Source: the human T2T-CHM13v2.0 reference genome, Homo sapiens. From it: a DNA stretch of 64,000 nt. The notes beneath the pieces are model-generated. The model had not been told where the DNA came from. It ran no database searches and saw nothing but the letters and a program-made list of their open reading frames with translations. The stretch is from NCBI RefSeq assembly GCF_009914755.1, contig NC_060927.1. One strand, 5' to 3'. Position 1 is the first letter of the stretch, and every line of letters begins with the position of its first letter. Below, one piece after another: positions 42,121 through 58,341 of this stretch. The position numbers and the translations under genes were made by a program.

Positions 42121-43319
42121 GAGGGGACCAAGAATAAGGCTTGGAGGTCAAAAGCGACTTCTTTGAAATGTTTTTTTTTTTATGGATAATGTTTTAGTTT
42201 TTTAATAAAGAGTTCTTAGTTATAAAATTAATCTTAAACATGTTGATACTTGATACATTTGAAAGATAAAAATATATAACCTATGAACAATTATGTAAAA
42301 ATATACCGTCCATGTATCAATTTATATAAAGGTAGAATGCTAAAAATGAAAATTTGGCCTATAGTAAACATCTCTAAATCAAAACATTTTCTTTCATAAT
42401 AAATAAAAGAGAAGGAATTAGCTATATTCTATTAGCTCATAATTGTGTGGATAGTAGGATGAAATAAAAATGACTACATAAGTCAGAAACATAAAAACAG
42501 CCATTGATTTAGAATCTGTTGACATGAAGGCCACCCCGGCTCCACCACATCTTGAACTAGATGAGTCATAAACTCCAGAGTATCCATTATGCTAACCTAT
42601 AAAGTCAAGGTGGAAACTAGAGTAGTGATTCTCAAACCTACAAGTCATGATTCTCTTGGGGGAACACACACAAAAATATTATATTGAAGAATATGCTGTT
42701 ATATGCTGCTTCATAATAAATTACTGTGCAGATAAATGGTAATATGCAGCACATTTGTTTGTTTCATTTTGTGTTTTAAAGCTTTCTCTTCCAGCAGACT
42801 GATGTGAATGGAGGCAGAGAACTTGTTTTAGTCAATGTAGTATCCCTTGCACTTTTCATACTATGTAGCACATTATAGATACTCAATAACTTGTTTTTAA
42901 TGAATAAATGGCAAAATATCATAGGAGAAAATTTTTAAGATGATTCTGTTTATTAAACTATCTCCCAGTACATGTAGATAATCCCACCATTATTTTATTA
43001 TAGAAAATCTACAGTCGTTCCAACTTCTAAAATGCAATTAAGAACTCCAGTTATGATAATCTTTAAGGATCATTCTTCTCTAAGATAATATGTCTCTACA
43101 GCTTTTACTGCCTTTGAAAATCCTCTCTGTCACATCTCCTGAAGAAAACAGTTTCTTGTCCAGATGAATTACAGTGAAAAAGGAAAAGCATTTATCTGAA
43201 CATTAAAATCCCTTTCCATTACAACCCTGAATTCTTTAGAATAATTCTTGTTCATTTGGGTAATTTCCGATTACCTTAAACCAGTATACTTGTTATTCTC
43301 ATAAAGCGGATGTACAATT

Positions 43320-43550
43320 CTACCTGGTGTAACATGAACTCCGGAACCAGGTTGCTTGGGTTTGAATCCTAAGTCTACCAGGTATAAGCTCTATAACCTT
43401 GAACAAGCCACTTAATATTTCCATGTCTCAGGTTCCTGATCTCCAAATAAGTAAAATAAAAATAATTATATCAAACCCTTAATTTAAAGTTTAACTCAGT
43501 TAGTACATGTGAAATGCTAAGAACATGGTTTGGCCGGTAGTAGCTGAGAA
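43320..43550 (+). mobile_element. MIR
   Basis: gggtttgaatcct...accttgaacaagccacttaa...tctcaggttcctgatct. Confidence 0.72.
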
Positions 43551-44059
43551 AATGGACCTGTAGTAACTGCTATGCAAATATTCTTTGAAATAAAAACAAA
43601 ACGAAATAAATATGCTAATCTTTTTACCAGATTGCATGACTATTCAGTCTTAACAAAGTTGGCTAAGATTAGGCCAACATCATCCAGAAAAATGTCCTCA
43701 GTTATAAACAGTAGGGAAATCTTAGAAAGAATGATTGAAGCACACAAAGTAAACAACACAGGAAAATTAGCGATATATGTGTCTGCAGAAAAATGAGAAC
43801 CAAGGGTTCCTGAGGTAGATGGTTAGGCATTTCATGTGTGTAAAAGATTCCAATTATAAATCTGGAAGACAAGGCACTGGTAGAGTACCTGACCCTAATA
43901 AATAAATACTCATTAAAATTTTGCTTAATTTAGTATAAATAAATTTAATTAATTATTCAGTTAACTGGTAAATGAAATAGTTGTTTGACTATAAGCCAAG
44001 TCACTTGACATGTCTAGGTTCTGTTTCCTCAACTGTTAAATAAGGAAAATTATCTAGAT

Positions 44060-44560
44060 CAGCATTTCCTTAATTGTGTTCAACTCAAGACTGGGTTCTT
44101 AGAGTTGTTAATCAGCTCTTGGAAACAAATCCATGGTTGAATAATTTTAGGAAAACCCATATGCTATCTTTCTCTTGCATTTACAAACAAACTGGTATAG
44201 TAGACATTTTAAGATCTTTTATTGTAAGGAAATTTTATTTATCTGACAATTTCCCAAACTTAATTGACCATTGACTCTTTTCCTCTGGTTTCTAGCCTAT
44301 TGGTATTTCACAGAATTACTGCTATTCTGAACAAAAATTGGAAATAATACTACTCAATGTTTGGTGTGTGGCTCAGTGTCAGTCTGCAAATTATTTACCA
44401 GTCTATAACAGAATAAGTACAAAAACTAAGAGCAGGCATTTAAAAACTTTTATAGCAATTTGACACAGTAATTTTATGTTTATTGAATCTAATAATGAAA
44501 ATCAGGGATTGTATTTTGTAGGTTTTCCCTTCATTGCTTTTTTCCTTATAAATTAATTTT
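44060..44560. mobile_element. hAT-Charlie-type DNA transposon relics (two adjacent)
   Basis: Begins cagcatttcc; second unit tactactcaatgtttgg...aacttttatagcaatttgacacagtaattttatg. Confidence 0.45.
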
Positions 44561-44566
44561 TATTAG

Positions 44567-44878
<312 letters not shown>

Positions 44879-45960
44879 TTTTATTAGATTTCACTTAGTC
44901 TCTTGTACACTGAAAATTTTTTCTGAATGTTCACAGCAGCTTTATTCATAAGAGCAAAAAACAACAAAAAAATTAAAATGGGTTCTTTACCACAGATAGT
45001 TTCAGAACACCAATGTCATCTCCAAAAAGATTCACATTATAAATCCTTCCACTAATTCCATGCAGAAGTCCATGAAGATGAAGTTTCCTGGGTTCTACTG
45101 CAAACTTTTATCAGAATCTTTAGAATCATAGGGAATCTACATTTTCACAGCACCCAAGTAATTCTGACTATATTTTGAGCATTACACTGTGGCAACCTGA
45201 TGGGAGAAGCTGTATTTTTATTTATCTTTGTTCCATCAGTAACGAACCCACAGTAAATAAATATGTTTGTAGCATATGTAAATGAGAAAAATCAAGTAAC
45301 GATATGGAGTCTCTGAGGTCTATGTTCATGGATAGTTTAGAGTTAAACAAAACTGGAAACAAATTACTACCCCCAAAGAATCAAATCCTATACATCACTT
45401 GTCAGGAAAAAAAAAATGCCATTCTCCAGACACTTCCACTTACAGCCTACTTCATGTTTTAATTATCTTGAAGTGGGTGGGATTTTTCAGCATGATCCTG
45501 CAAAACTGTCAATCATTTCTCTTCTTATCCAAGCATAGCACCATAACAGAAGTTGATCTACTAAACAGCTCCTTAGTACTGCAATTTAATATAAAAATAC
45601 ACTCTCAGTCCATGTCATAGCCAACATTATATTCACTATGTGGACACAAATAATTTGAACACTTTGTTAAAATATACTTTTACTAGTCCTTGCCCAGTAA
45701 GGCATCAATCAGTTTAATTTTACTGTGGAATTTTTGTACATGTTTTCATGTTCATATCTATAGAAAGCTAAATGTTTAAAGTCCAGCTTGACATGTTTCT
45801 CATATTTTTACTCTGCTAATAAGTCAAAATATGTGTGTGAGACATGAATACCTTAGGATATTGTGTGTCTGTTTGTTGAGATGACCCTAAACTCTGACCC
45901 TAAACAGTGGTCCTCCACTTGGACCACACTTTGGAATTGTCTGAAGTACTGAGAAATACA

Positions 45961-46067
45961 GTGCTTACTTTGGCAGCACATGTACTAAAATTGGAACAAT
46001 ACAGAGAAGATTAGCGTGCCCCCTGAGCAAAGATGATATGCAGACTCATGAAGCATTCCATGTTTTT
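45961..46067 (+). pseudogene. RNU6: U6 snRNA retropseudogene (full length, diverged)
   Basis: gtgcttactttggcagcacatgtactaaaattggaacaatacagagaagattagc...gaagcattccatgttttt is colinear with U6, including the ACAGAGA box; CpGs have decayed. Confidence 0.96.
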
Positions 46068-46638
46068 GAGAAAAAGAAATGCTTTTACATTGTTGGTGGG
46101 GATGAAAATTAGTTCAACGATTGTGGAAGACAGTGTGACAATTCCTCAAAGATCTAGAAGCAAAAAATACCATTTGACCCAGCAATCCCATTACTAGGTA
46201 TATACTCAAAGGAATATAAATCATTCTATTATAAAGATACATGCATGTGTATGCTCATTGCAGCACTATTCACAACAGCCAAGACATGGAATCAACCCAC
46301 GTGCCCATCAGTGACAGACTGGATAAAAAAAGTGGTATATATAAACCATGGAATACCATGCAGCCATTAAAAGTAACAAGATCATGTCCTTTGCAGGGAC
46401 ATGGATGGAGCTGGAAATTGTTATCCTCAGCAAACTAACACAGGAACAGAAAACCAAACACCGCATGTTCTCACTTACAAGTGGGAGGCGAATGATGAGA
46501 ACACATGGAACAACATACACTGTGGCCTCTATGGGGGTTGGGGGAAGGGAGAGCATCAGGAAGAATAGCTAATGGATGCTGGGTTAGATACCTAAGTGAT
46601 GGGTTAATCTGTGCAGCAAACCACCACAGCACACATCT
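46068..46638 (+). mobile_element. L1PA (PA10/11-like) 3' fragment fused to U6
   Basis: ORF2 end (MEYHAAIKSNKIMSFAGTWMELEIVILSKLTQEQKTKHRMFSL) plus 3'UTR gggagagcatcaggaagaatagctaatggatgctggg; no poly(A). Confidence 0.92.
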
Positions 46639-48219
46639 AGAGTTTCTGATTGAATTCATTATTGGAGTGGTCTGAAAGTCAGAATTTTTAAGGCTTCTTA
46701 AATAATTCTAATATATATCCTGAGTTGAGAACCATAAATAAAATCAGGTGCAGTTCTTATCAAAAAAAAAAAACTGCAGTAATTATGAGAGATCCCATAT
46801 CCAAGGTAAATGGGTGGATTTGTATTTGAATTGAATTAGAGAAGGGTCAGCTGTGAACCCACCATGAAAGGGTTTCTTTTCACTTACTGAGAATTAAGAA
46901 GACTGATGATGTTCAGTCTTAGGAGAGAAACGTACATCCTTCTCTACACTCCTCACCCGTTTCCTCTGCACACCTTCAGCAATCATTATTTGCTCATCAG
47001 ACTAAGGTTGTTTATGGGGAAAAAAAAAAAGTTAAGAGACAGATAATAAGGGACCGAAAAAGATGAGAGAGACAGAGTAAGACAGAGTGAGAGAGAATGT
47101 CTTCATTAAATTACTAAAACAAAACAAAACATTTATCACTCTTTCAGCTTCAGGCCCTCATCTCTAATACGCTCCTGAACTACTGGGGTCCTGAAGGCAT
47201 AAAATTCTTTTCTCAGGCTCAGATCCTTTCACCTCTAGATACAGCCAGAAGTCCTGGAGAGAGGAAGGGAAAGGAGTAAGGAAGAAAGAAAGGAAAAGCA
47301 TTACTTTGGGGGCAAGAGAGATTTGCCTCTTCCCTTTCCTTCCTGCATGTATGGAGGGGCAAGGAAAGACTTACTTGACCTTCAGCCAGATAACGGCTTG
47401 TGGCTTTCTCTTACACACCCAGAGGCCACATTCCTTGATTCAATCTACTTTCAGCTGCACAAGCTCTGTGCCTTCATTTCATTAGAAGGGTAGTTTCTAC
47501 CACAAACAAGTCTTCGTTCCTGGTACTAGGGTTAGGCCTGGTAACGCTTCAAAATCTTAAGAAAAAATTTAAAACCCCGATTTTATATGTAGAGAACCAT
47601 CTCTTTTGATTAAGAATATTTTACATCATAATGAAATGCAGTCAAAGCTGAGGGGCAATTTGTCCTCTGGGGTATCACTTCTCTGAGTTCAAAAAAATAT
47701 TCCTGTTTGTTCTAAATCACCTCTAAATTTACTTTGATTTGCAAATTCAATGTACTTTGTATAAACAAACACTGACAATGAATTAACAATACTATATGAC
47801 CCCTTTCACTGAATGAATATAGATTTTCATGCTCAGATGATATTTGTGTCCCTGTCACATATTTTACTTCAGATCTTAATGAGTAACCTTGAGTCTTAAT
47901 AACTTTTCCTTTAAGCCAAGCTCTCTTATTTTTCTTTGATATTTTCATCAACTACACACCATCCCCTGTAATAAATGAGAAAAGGAGAGGGTGCCCAGTC
48001 ACAGTGGTATTCTGTCCAGATAGGAGCACGTTTCTATCCTGTCTACTTCCTACTGGCAAAAGCAATGCATGATAATTTGCTGCCAGTATTACTCAACCTT
48101 ACCATATAGACAAATTATGTTATCTACGAAATCCACTCTAAGGGAAATTATTGTTCTGTTTCAATCGATTTCTTCATTCCTCACTATCACCAAACCATAT
48201 TCTCCTTCAGTTGATTTGT

Positions 48220-48500
48220 ATTTAGTATTCACTCAACAAACCTTAATTGAGAACTACCATGTGCCAGGCATCATTGTGTATTTAGGAAATAGTTTAGACT
48301 CTTGGTATCAACTCTCAAAGAACTGGACAGCTCACTTGGGTAGAAGAAATAAGAAAACCAAAGATTACAAAAAAGGAAATAGACAGGAAGACTTATTTAC
48401 TTATTTGACAGACAGCCATAGTCTTTCCATAGGCCTGCAGAGAAAGGTTAGAGCAGCTAATGCATTTTGGCTTGGGAGAGAATAGTAAGAAATAGTCTAG
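48220..48500 (-). mobile_element. L2 3' end
   Basis: attcactcaacaaaccttaattgagaactaccatgtgccaggca. Confidence 0.65.
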
Positions 48501-48993
48501 AAAGACTTTAGAAACCAGACAGAGAATAGAACAGGCGTAAAAACTGATCCCAGAGTAACTCCACGTTTAAGGAATACAACAGAATAACAGTATGAACTGT
48601 GATTGGTGTGGGGATATTTTTGAAACAATGTAAAGAGAATTTGAGTATAATTATAATCAGAAAGTAAGGGACCAATGTCTTTAAAAATGTATGTAAAAAT
48701 AAGGCAAGAACTGATGAACCAAGGTCTCAGAAGAGGTAGAACATGGGACTGTCTCCTACTCTACAGGGTCACCACAAGGGCAGGTTCCAGGCATGGATTA
48801 CATCATAACACTTATACCACTAATCTCTGTTTAGAAGTGAAATCCCATAGCTGATAGCAGCCATTAAAAGGCATGGGTGACATATGATGACAGTAGAGAA
48901 TATAGAGACAGTGTGTGCAGGTGTGCAGGAAGACTAGATTTGGACATTGGCTGTAAATGACTTAATGGATTCAACCAAAATGTAATGAGCACT

Positions 48994-49445
48994 TGTACAG
49001 AGGCCACGGATGTGTGTCATTCAGATGCCGTTTCTGGAGAACCTGACCGTTTGGAGAGAAGAACTGACAGAGAGCCCTGGTTGCTGCCCCTTTGGGTCAA
49101 CTGCACAGTCTTGTCAAGGCCACCCTCCTGCCAAGCTTTTCTCAGTCAATGCCTGGTCCCAGCAGTGCTACCGATTCTGACCCATTCCTATTGGATTTCT
49201 GTAACAGGTCACTTTTGCTTTTCCATCAGTCTGGCTGAGATCTTTCTAAGAACTGTGCCGCAGTCTATGACTCTCCCTACAAAATCCTTTCTCCCTTCTC
49301 TCCTTTCAGCATTGCAGTCTGAAGCCTTTCCCTGCCTATACCTCCTTTCCCCCCATTTATCCAACACTGGCAGTTCTTACCATAAATCTCTTGTACTTAT
49401 AATTCTGTCTTGGCATCTGTTTCTGAGATAGCCCAAACTAACTCA
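48994..49445 (+). mobile_element. LTR16C-like ERVL solo LTR
   Basis: 3' end ataaatctcttgtacttataattctgtcttggcatctgtttctgag...aactaactca. Confidence 0.6.
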
Positions 49446-52400
49446 TGGGATTAGTTTAAGGGCTAAGGATTTTAAAAAACTGACAAAAAAGACAAAGTTT
49501 CTACCACCAAAGGTATGAGAATTCATTGTTTTAAAATATAGAACATTAGTGGGTATATCTTGCTTCTGTTTTCAGTTTCTGTAAAGAGAGTGATCCCTTT
49601 CTTTTTTTTCTTTTGTTTTGCTTTAATTCATTGCTTTAGTATTGGTATACTCTAGGATACCTAGGGCTGCTTTTCATATCTCTCAATTTGAGTTTATACT
49701 GTTTCCCTTACATCTCTGCCAGTATCAGAGTATCATTTTTCCTTACCTTTATGAGCAATCTCATCATTTATAATTTGTCTCTCACAGCTGCCCCTTGGCA
49801 CTGTAGCAGAAAGTGAGTCATCCTACATCTATGAAATCTAAGATGATTCTGAGATAATTTAGTAAAGATTAACTATCTCACATCTTTCCCCCTCACTCTG
49901 TTTTTCATTCTGGCTCCCTGCCCCTGGCTGACAACATGTGCACGTAACTTTACTCATTCTGAACTGCACAGGCTAGAATGTCTCTACACTCACATGCCTT
50001 TCATCAAAATCCTACATTGATTTAAAATGCATGAGTCACTTTATTCATATCTTGGGTTTTGTTTGGGAAAATGCTGATGCTAGAAAATGGGAGTCTCATT
50101 TCTTCCCCCTCCTTTATTTTCAATGTTCCTCCATAGCCTATGTAGCAATTCTGGTTCACGCTTGGTATGGCCCATGGCTTGCAATGCTCCTTAGTCACAA
50201 AGGCCCAATGATTCACAGGTTTGGCAGGATTGCTACTTGATCTGGTATGCTGACCCTTTCCCTAAAGGTCTTAAGGCCCTCCTTCTTTGTGGAAGGAAAA
50301 ATTGTTCTTCTGGTATATGTGTATGGAAAGGAGTGGAAAGGGAAGAGGATTTAGGGTGAGATTGAGAGGACAGAGGCATCTCACCATGGAAGTATGATAA
50401 CTCACTGCCTCTCATGGATGATATGATCCATCTCATTTTCTGCTTTTCTGCTTTACCTGGTATAAAGCCTTATAAACCATTCAAAACAATCCATTTTGCA
50501 ATAAAATGCTGTTGCATTCCAGTATGACTGTCTGTAGCTCAAGTTAAACTCGACCCCACATCAAAAGTGAGTGAAACGAGTCAGCTGCTAAGTCTCAGTG
50601 GATGCTCGTAGGTTGTCTTCAGGGCTTGAAAAATGTTGAAGGAAACCACATTTTAAAACAAAGTACATTGTATATCAGTGGACATGCTTCAATAGATGGG
50701 AGTGTTGCTGCAGGACTCCTTAGAATGCAAGCACTAAAGCTCTGTAGGTTGGTGCACAGGAGAATCTAGTCTTCTTATATTAATAAATTTTTAAATTCAA
50801 GTAGAAACAAAAATATGAAAAGATGTGAAGGAGTTAGGAACAAGCGTTAGGGATAATGAACCTCAGTGGATTTAAGGGCATAATCTGAAATCAGGAGCAC
50901 TGGGTAAGCTTCCTTACCTCCTTGGAGCCCTTATGGCAGTGATGGCAAAACAGTGAGATAAGATGCTATGGGGTAAAATGCCTGGCTGAACAATACTGCT
51001 CTCCTACTTTGGGAGGATGAATTGGCTCTGATCTCACTGTGTCTCTCACTGTCTTCTAAAATTATATTCAAAGTTCATTTTTTGGGAAACATTCCAGACT
51101 AATCCTATTAGTCAGGTATGTTTGCATAGGTGTATTAAATTAATAAACATGCACAGAGATATAGATGTAAGGGTAGACATATAGCTTCTTCCATGTGTGC
51201 CAGTTAAGCTACTTTCTTCCTAGTGCATGGATAATAGAGGCTTTTTTGTATGTTTGTTCTGCCCTCTGCATTAAGTGGCTAACTCTTATAGGGCAAGGAT
51301 CATAGCTACACAATCCGTTGTCTCTAGACACCCATCTGAGAAAGGCAGATTATTCTTTTGTACGAATGGTGAACTTTACGGTCAGAAAATCATGGATCTA
51401 CTTTTATACAAATTTAGTCAGATAATAATCTCTAGGTACCTCAGACTCCCCTGCTGTAAATCAGGATCAGAAATAATTTCTTTGTGGGGGTGGTCTGAGA
51501 ATTCTGATAATGGAGGGCAAGGGAATGTACAAGGCAAAGGTGGTGTGGAATTTCACAGTGCTGTTTTTTCACTACTCTAGTCTTCCAGTTTGCGAAGAGA
51601 TTCCATTTTAATCCATTGGCTGTTTATTGAGGACACTTTATTTCTCCATAAGAGCTAACTCTGCCCCCTTGTGCTGAGTAAAATAATTTTTCTATTTTAT
51701 TCGGTTTAATTTTATTTGCATTTAAGTGTTTATACCTATTTGAAAAATCATATCCAGCTACTCTTTTCAATAAGTCAAGTTATATAAGTGTATTTTCTTT
51801 AATAGGTTCCCTGGAGTAATTTTTCCTTTTTTTCATATTTTTTTCCTTTCTTCAATTCATCTGCAACCTTTTATGTTTAAAGTGCAATTCTTCACAAGGT
51901 CTCCCTGATGCTATTCATTACAGGCTTTTCTCTGTTGAGTACTGTCACAATTAGTTTTACTGTCCAATCTTTACCATGTCATAAGGAATAACTAAGACTT
52001 AAGGGTCAAAAGACCGAAATGAGATAGCAAGAGCTGAGGGCAGCGTTGAAACTTTTTGAAGAGTGTAACAAATGGATCCATCAATTCAAAAAGTGTACTT
52101 GGGAGTTTCACAAGGATTGCCTCTTTTTCTGATTGAAGACGTGTTTTCATTGTTCTGATCAATAAGTGATATAGGTCCTTTTTTAAAGAGTTCAGGCATA
52201 AATGAATAAAAACATTCTACTAGATTCCATGGGAAACAACTCGTCCTGCAGAGCTAAAAGTCTAATTGCTTAGTTAAATAACAATACAAAAAAACAGGAT
52301 ACAATTAAGAATTACCAATCTAATTGACCAAAAAAATGAGTACTTTTGAACTTCTGAGGATATGTATATTCAAGTGGTCTGAAAAAAGTAGGTGATGAAA

Positions 52401-53259
52401 CTTAAAGTAGGCCTTGAAGGATAAGATATGGTGATGTATTAAAAATAAATTCAGTAGTTCACAGAATTAATGACAGAACTGGAGAACAAGGCTCAAGGTT
52501 ACGGGAAAAGAAAATGCCCCAAACCACCTTAGAATTGGTTCTGAGCAGGAAAAAAAAAAAGTCTGCTTCCAGAGAGAGAACTTGTACCACTTGCTTCTCA
52601 AAGTGTCTTAAGCATAGCCAGTGGCCCTGGGGTATTTTCTTCCCAAAATGTAGGTCTCAAAATGTAGCTTATGCCACAGCTGAAGGGGAAGCTGAGAAAG
52701 TCAGTTTCCTCTCCAGTAGTGGAAGTAATCTCTTCACTGAGACATCAAATGTGGTTAGAAGGGGAATGGAAATCTCCAAACGTACACATGGATGGGCAGA
52801 TATCAGGCGGCCACTGTGAATGACAAACACTTGCTATCAGCAGCCTCTTTTCAGTCAGCATCAGCTCATGAGACTTCAAAAGATTTCACAGGAAGAGTGT
52901 ATCCATGTTCTCAAACTCTCAACATTTCAGAGCTAGCAGGGACATTAAAACTCCTTCAGCCCAATCTTTTTAATAAGTAAACCAAGTCTCAGAGACATGA
53001 GAAGCTATATCCAGGGTCACACAGCTGATTACTGGTGCAGCCATGATTAATGCTCTGGTCTTCTAATCCCTACCCGGTGTAGTGCTTGCGAATCTGTTCT
53101 ATGGGCAATTATAAGAGAAATGCGCAATTATAAGAGAAATGCTTACTTCTTGGAAGAATGAAAGCAGCATCATATCTTCTCTACACTTGAGAAAGGCTTC
53201 CTTTTCTGCCTGTCAGATGCAAAGTTTTAGAAAAGTCAGGACTGCTCTGCAGGCCTTGA

Positions 53260-53620
<361 letters not shown>

Positions 53621-55399
53621 ATATTTTATTCTCTTTTATAAATCTGAGCACTTCCTTTGGGATAGACTCAGTGGCAATGAATTACTGTATTAAAGAAAAG
53701 CTCTGTCCTTCACTGACATGTGAATTTGTACATTTCACTTCTCCTTTCTGAGACTTACTTTCCTGATCTGTAATATCAAGGTATATATCTGTCAGTTTTT
53801 TAGTTTTGTTTTGTTTGTGTTTGTTTCTTTTAGGATCCAAAGAGACCACCAATGCACTAAATAGGTACATAATAAACGTTCACTGAATGAATGAACAGTG
53901 CATGTTTCAAAATATGTATTTATTTGTAGATATAAGAAAATCAAGCTTCTCTCTCACATCCTCATTCTCAGTCATACGCTCTCTCTCTCTCTCTCTCTGT
54001 CTCTTTAGCTCGCATTCTCTTTTCTTTTCTCCTTTCCTCACTCTGTTCTTTTGGCCCGCTTTCTATTCTCTCTCTCTCTTTCTCCCCCAATGTCTCCATA
54101 GTGCATACATAAATAATATACAGACATCTACAATAGATATGTATGTTGATCAAAAAAGTAGGTACTACTTCTACCCCTTTATCCATAAACATGTTATTAA
54201 GGAACATAAACTTTGCAAGTCTCTACCAAGAAGCCACAGCTGTTTATCCTCTTTATCATCCAGTGTTTGGCCTCTGCTTCCAGTTTTGATGTCAGGATAA
54301 TGTTACCATTCTCACCATTTCTTTGGTTTAGTAGTCTCCCACACAACAAAGTCCTAACCATGTTTGTGAATTGGGTACCCACCTGTGGCCTATTGAGCAC
54401 TGGTCTTAGCACACTTACACAATATGCATTTTGCCTTTATTCTACAGGAGATATTAATCTTCCTTTCATTTCTTTTACCACATACCCTTTTAAAAAATTT
54501 ATGTTTTCCACATACACTGGCTTGAATTTTAATTTTGTGTTTTTGGGTCTATGATCCTAAACACTTTATGTCTATGATCCTTTCTGCTTTTCTCAAGCTT
54601 TAATGTGCTTGAAACACCTTCTTTCTTAGTGTTCTCCAAATAAATATGCCATCGATGTTATTTATTTAGTTTCCAGATTTCTAATACAGACTTTAATCTC
54701 TGCCCACCACTTGTCACTGAAATAACTTCCCAAGTAAGTATGTAGATGGACCAGTTCTTAGTAGAGAAATTTCCATCTGTGTGTAAGTAGTCACATATTT
54801 TATCCTGATTGTTTTGCTATCAGATTGTAATTCCTAATATTCTAAAAGTGTTGACCTATAAAAGTTTCAATTGTACATAGTTAAATCCACTGTATCTACT
54901 GTGAAAAGAGTACAAGACTTGAAGTCAGGAGCCATGAGCTAATTTCTGCCACTGAGTGATTGTAGGCATTTACTTTTCTTTACCTCTCTAGGCTTCAGTT
55001 CCCACAACTTTAGGATGAAGCTTTAAATTAAATGATCTCTCACTTTCCCTCTAGCCTTTAAAAAATCCATATACACCTGTCTTGAAGCTTGTTTAAACCT
55101 ATCTTTAAAAAAACTTTTAAAACATTTTTTAAAGTGTTCAGAGACAGAACATATAAAATACCTTGGAAAATAGTTCTGGAAGATTTTGCATCAGAGGCTA
55201 TTTGTAGAAATTTGGAGATAAACTCTGTCTGCCACAGAAGTTAAGAAAAAAAATTGTTTTCACCTCAAGTAACACCTACCTATCAGCTCATTGGGAATGC
55301 CTGCATGTTTATGATACCCAACGTGTAGGATAGGCCAAAGTGAACCAATTGTCTCTTACAGCTTTGCTATGAGAACTTTACTACAACTAACAACTCATT

Positions 55400-55850
55400 A
55401 CTCAGAGTCATAGGCTCTGAGTCATCCTTGACTTCTGCTCTTTGCTTTCTCCATTCAATCAGCTGCCACATTTCTACCCACTTTCAGTTCCTCACTAATT
55501 CTGTACTCCACACCTATCACCCAAATTCAGGCCCCATGAACCGTTAACTAGATTATTTTAATCATCCAACAACTACCATTCCTGCTTCCAAGATCTACCC
55601 ATTTTTTAGAATTTATTTTTTTAATTTTATTTTTCACTCAAAGCAAAAATGGTCAATATCCATTTTTAATTTAACCTACATAAGTCTATCAGTTAAAATT
55701 CCTTAACTATAACTCTGATCACATTAATCTCAAACACAGCCATTAGCTTACTAATGTCTAACAAAGTTTAAAATCCTTTGGTCTATTAAAAATTATTCTG
55801 AGATTTAATCCCAACCATCTCCCTTATCTTGTATTCTGCTGGGTCAAATT
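55400..55850 (+). mobile_element. L2 fragment
   Basis: gagtcatccttgacttct...cattcaatcag...ctagattattttaatc. Confidence 0.55.
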
Positions 55851-56845
55851 AATGTTATTCAAGCTCCAAAGTTAATCTTTTCTTAAAACACCCCTTAGCT
55901 GTTACAATAAATCTTCTGATCCCTCAAATTAACTCCCTCAAAGAACTCATGACTTTGTAGCAGAAATCATAATTTCTTGTGTACCCATTAGATCACTTTT
56001 TATTGAAGGAAAATAGGGAGTATATTTTCTTTCAATATTACAGCCTCCATTATCACTTGGAGAGAGATTATTATATGAGTATAGCATAAACAGATGACTT
56101 TCCTCTTTCCTATGGTAAAAAAGAAATTTACTTTCTTTTAGGTAAAAGTAGGGATGAAATTATTTTGATACCTTATATTTTAAATACAAAATTAAAATTA
56201 AAAGGTATATCACATTTATATATCTTCTTTTAAAACATCATACAAGTTTCATAAGCCATTTCTTTAGAGAGAAAGATATTATCTTTATTTATTTAATAAA
56301 GACATTTCAGTTTCAGAAAATGTGTTTTACTTATTTATTTAATACATGTGTTTCAGCATTTCGCTAAGTAGTGATATTCTCCAAGTTCAATTCCAATCAT
56401 GACTCATTGGCTTAGCCATCAAAGTTTATCTTTCCTTTTGAACTATGCACAAGATAATGCCTATCCTATCCATCAGTAAAAGTCATGTGAGTTTCTCTAC
56501 TTTTCAAGTAAGTATACTTTCCAATCCATCAGGTTGAAGAGCAGGATTAAATACATATCAGGAATAAATAACTCCAGTAGTCAAAAAAATAGACTCATCA
56601 ATCAGCTTCGGAGGTCAAACATTTGACAGGTGCCAATGAGCTTGTTTCAATATCACCTTTCAGAAATAAAGACATTAAAGAAGTTAATCAAGGTATAGTC
56701 AAGGAGACTACCAACCTAACTGAGACAAAAGACACTAGTTGGTTCCACTCAAGGTTCAGGACAAGCTCAGAACCAGAATGTACTTTATGATATTGTTAGT
56801 TGACCCAAATAACTAAAATTGGTGAAATATTTAACATTTTCATAA

Positions 56846-57907
<1,062 letters not shown>

Positions 57908-58341
57908 GAAAGTTGAAAAATCTTAGCACTCAAAAAAAAAAAAACTACAACATATAAGCAGAAAATTGGACTTTTTTGATATATTTGAGGAACACTTTGA
58001 GTCACATTTATTGAAAATGCTCATAGAAACAAATAGATTTTTAGCTGACTATCCTTGACAACACCTCTTTTCATATAACCCCTGGTATTATGAAAAAAGA
58101 AAAAATATTTTATTTGCTTTATTTGAAACACATGAAAATCACATAGTCAAAATGAGGTATTATGTATCTGAAAACCCAGATACCTCTCTCTCTGCCGTCT
58201 GCTTGAGACAGTCCTCACTACTCACTGCTCTTGCCAATAAACTGGAAGCCAAGGTCGGGAGTTTGACATTCTTATTATGTTCTGACTACAGGATAGACCC
58301 TTAATTCAGGCAACTTAATGGCAAATACCTACAAAAAGACT

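Larger units (their letters stand above)
45905..46735 (+). mobile_element. MER5-family MITE split by the U6-L1 insertion
   Basis: 5' half cagtggtcctccacttgg...gaaataca (45905-45960); 3' half agagtttctgattgaatt...gttgagaaccat (about 46639-46735). Confidence 0.65.

Noticed and set aside
45961-46067. Functional U6 gene
   Set aside because: Many substitutions, upstream sequence is MER5 rather than PSE/TATA, and it is fused to L1
48069-49431. 138-aa and 148-aa ORFs
   Set aside because: They overlap L2 and LTR16 relics and show no protein-like features
53887-54554. 137-aa and 113-aa hydrophobic ORFs
   Set aside because: The first runs through a CT-rich simple repeat; neither resembles a known family
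54547-54581. gtctatgatcct direct repeat
   Set aside because: 12-bp repeat around a short spacer with no element inside; too small to interpret
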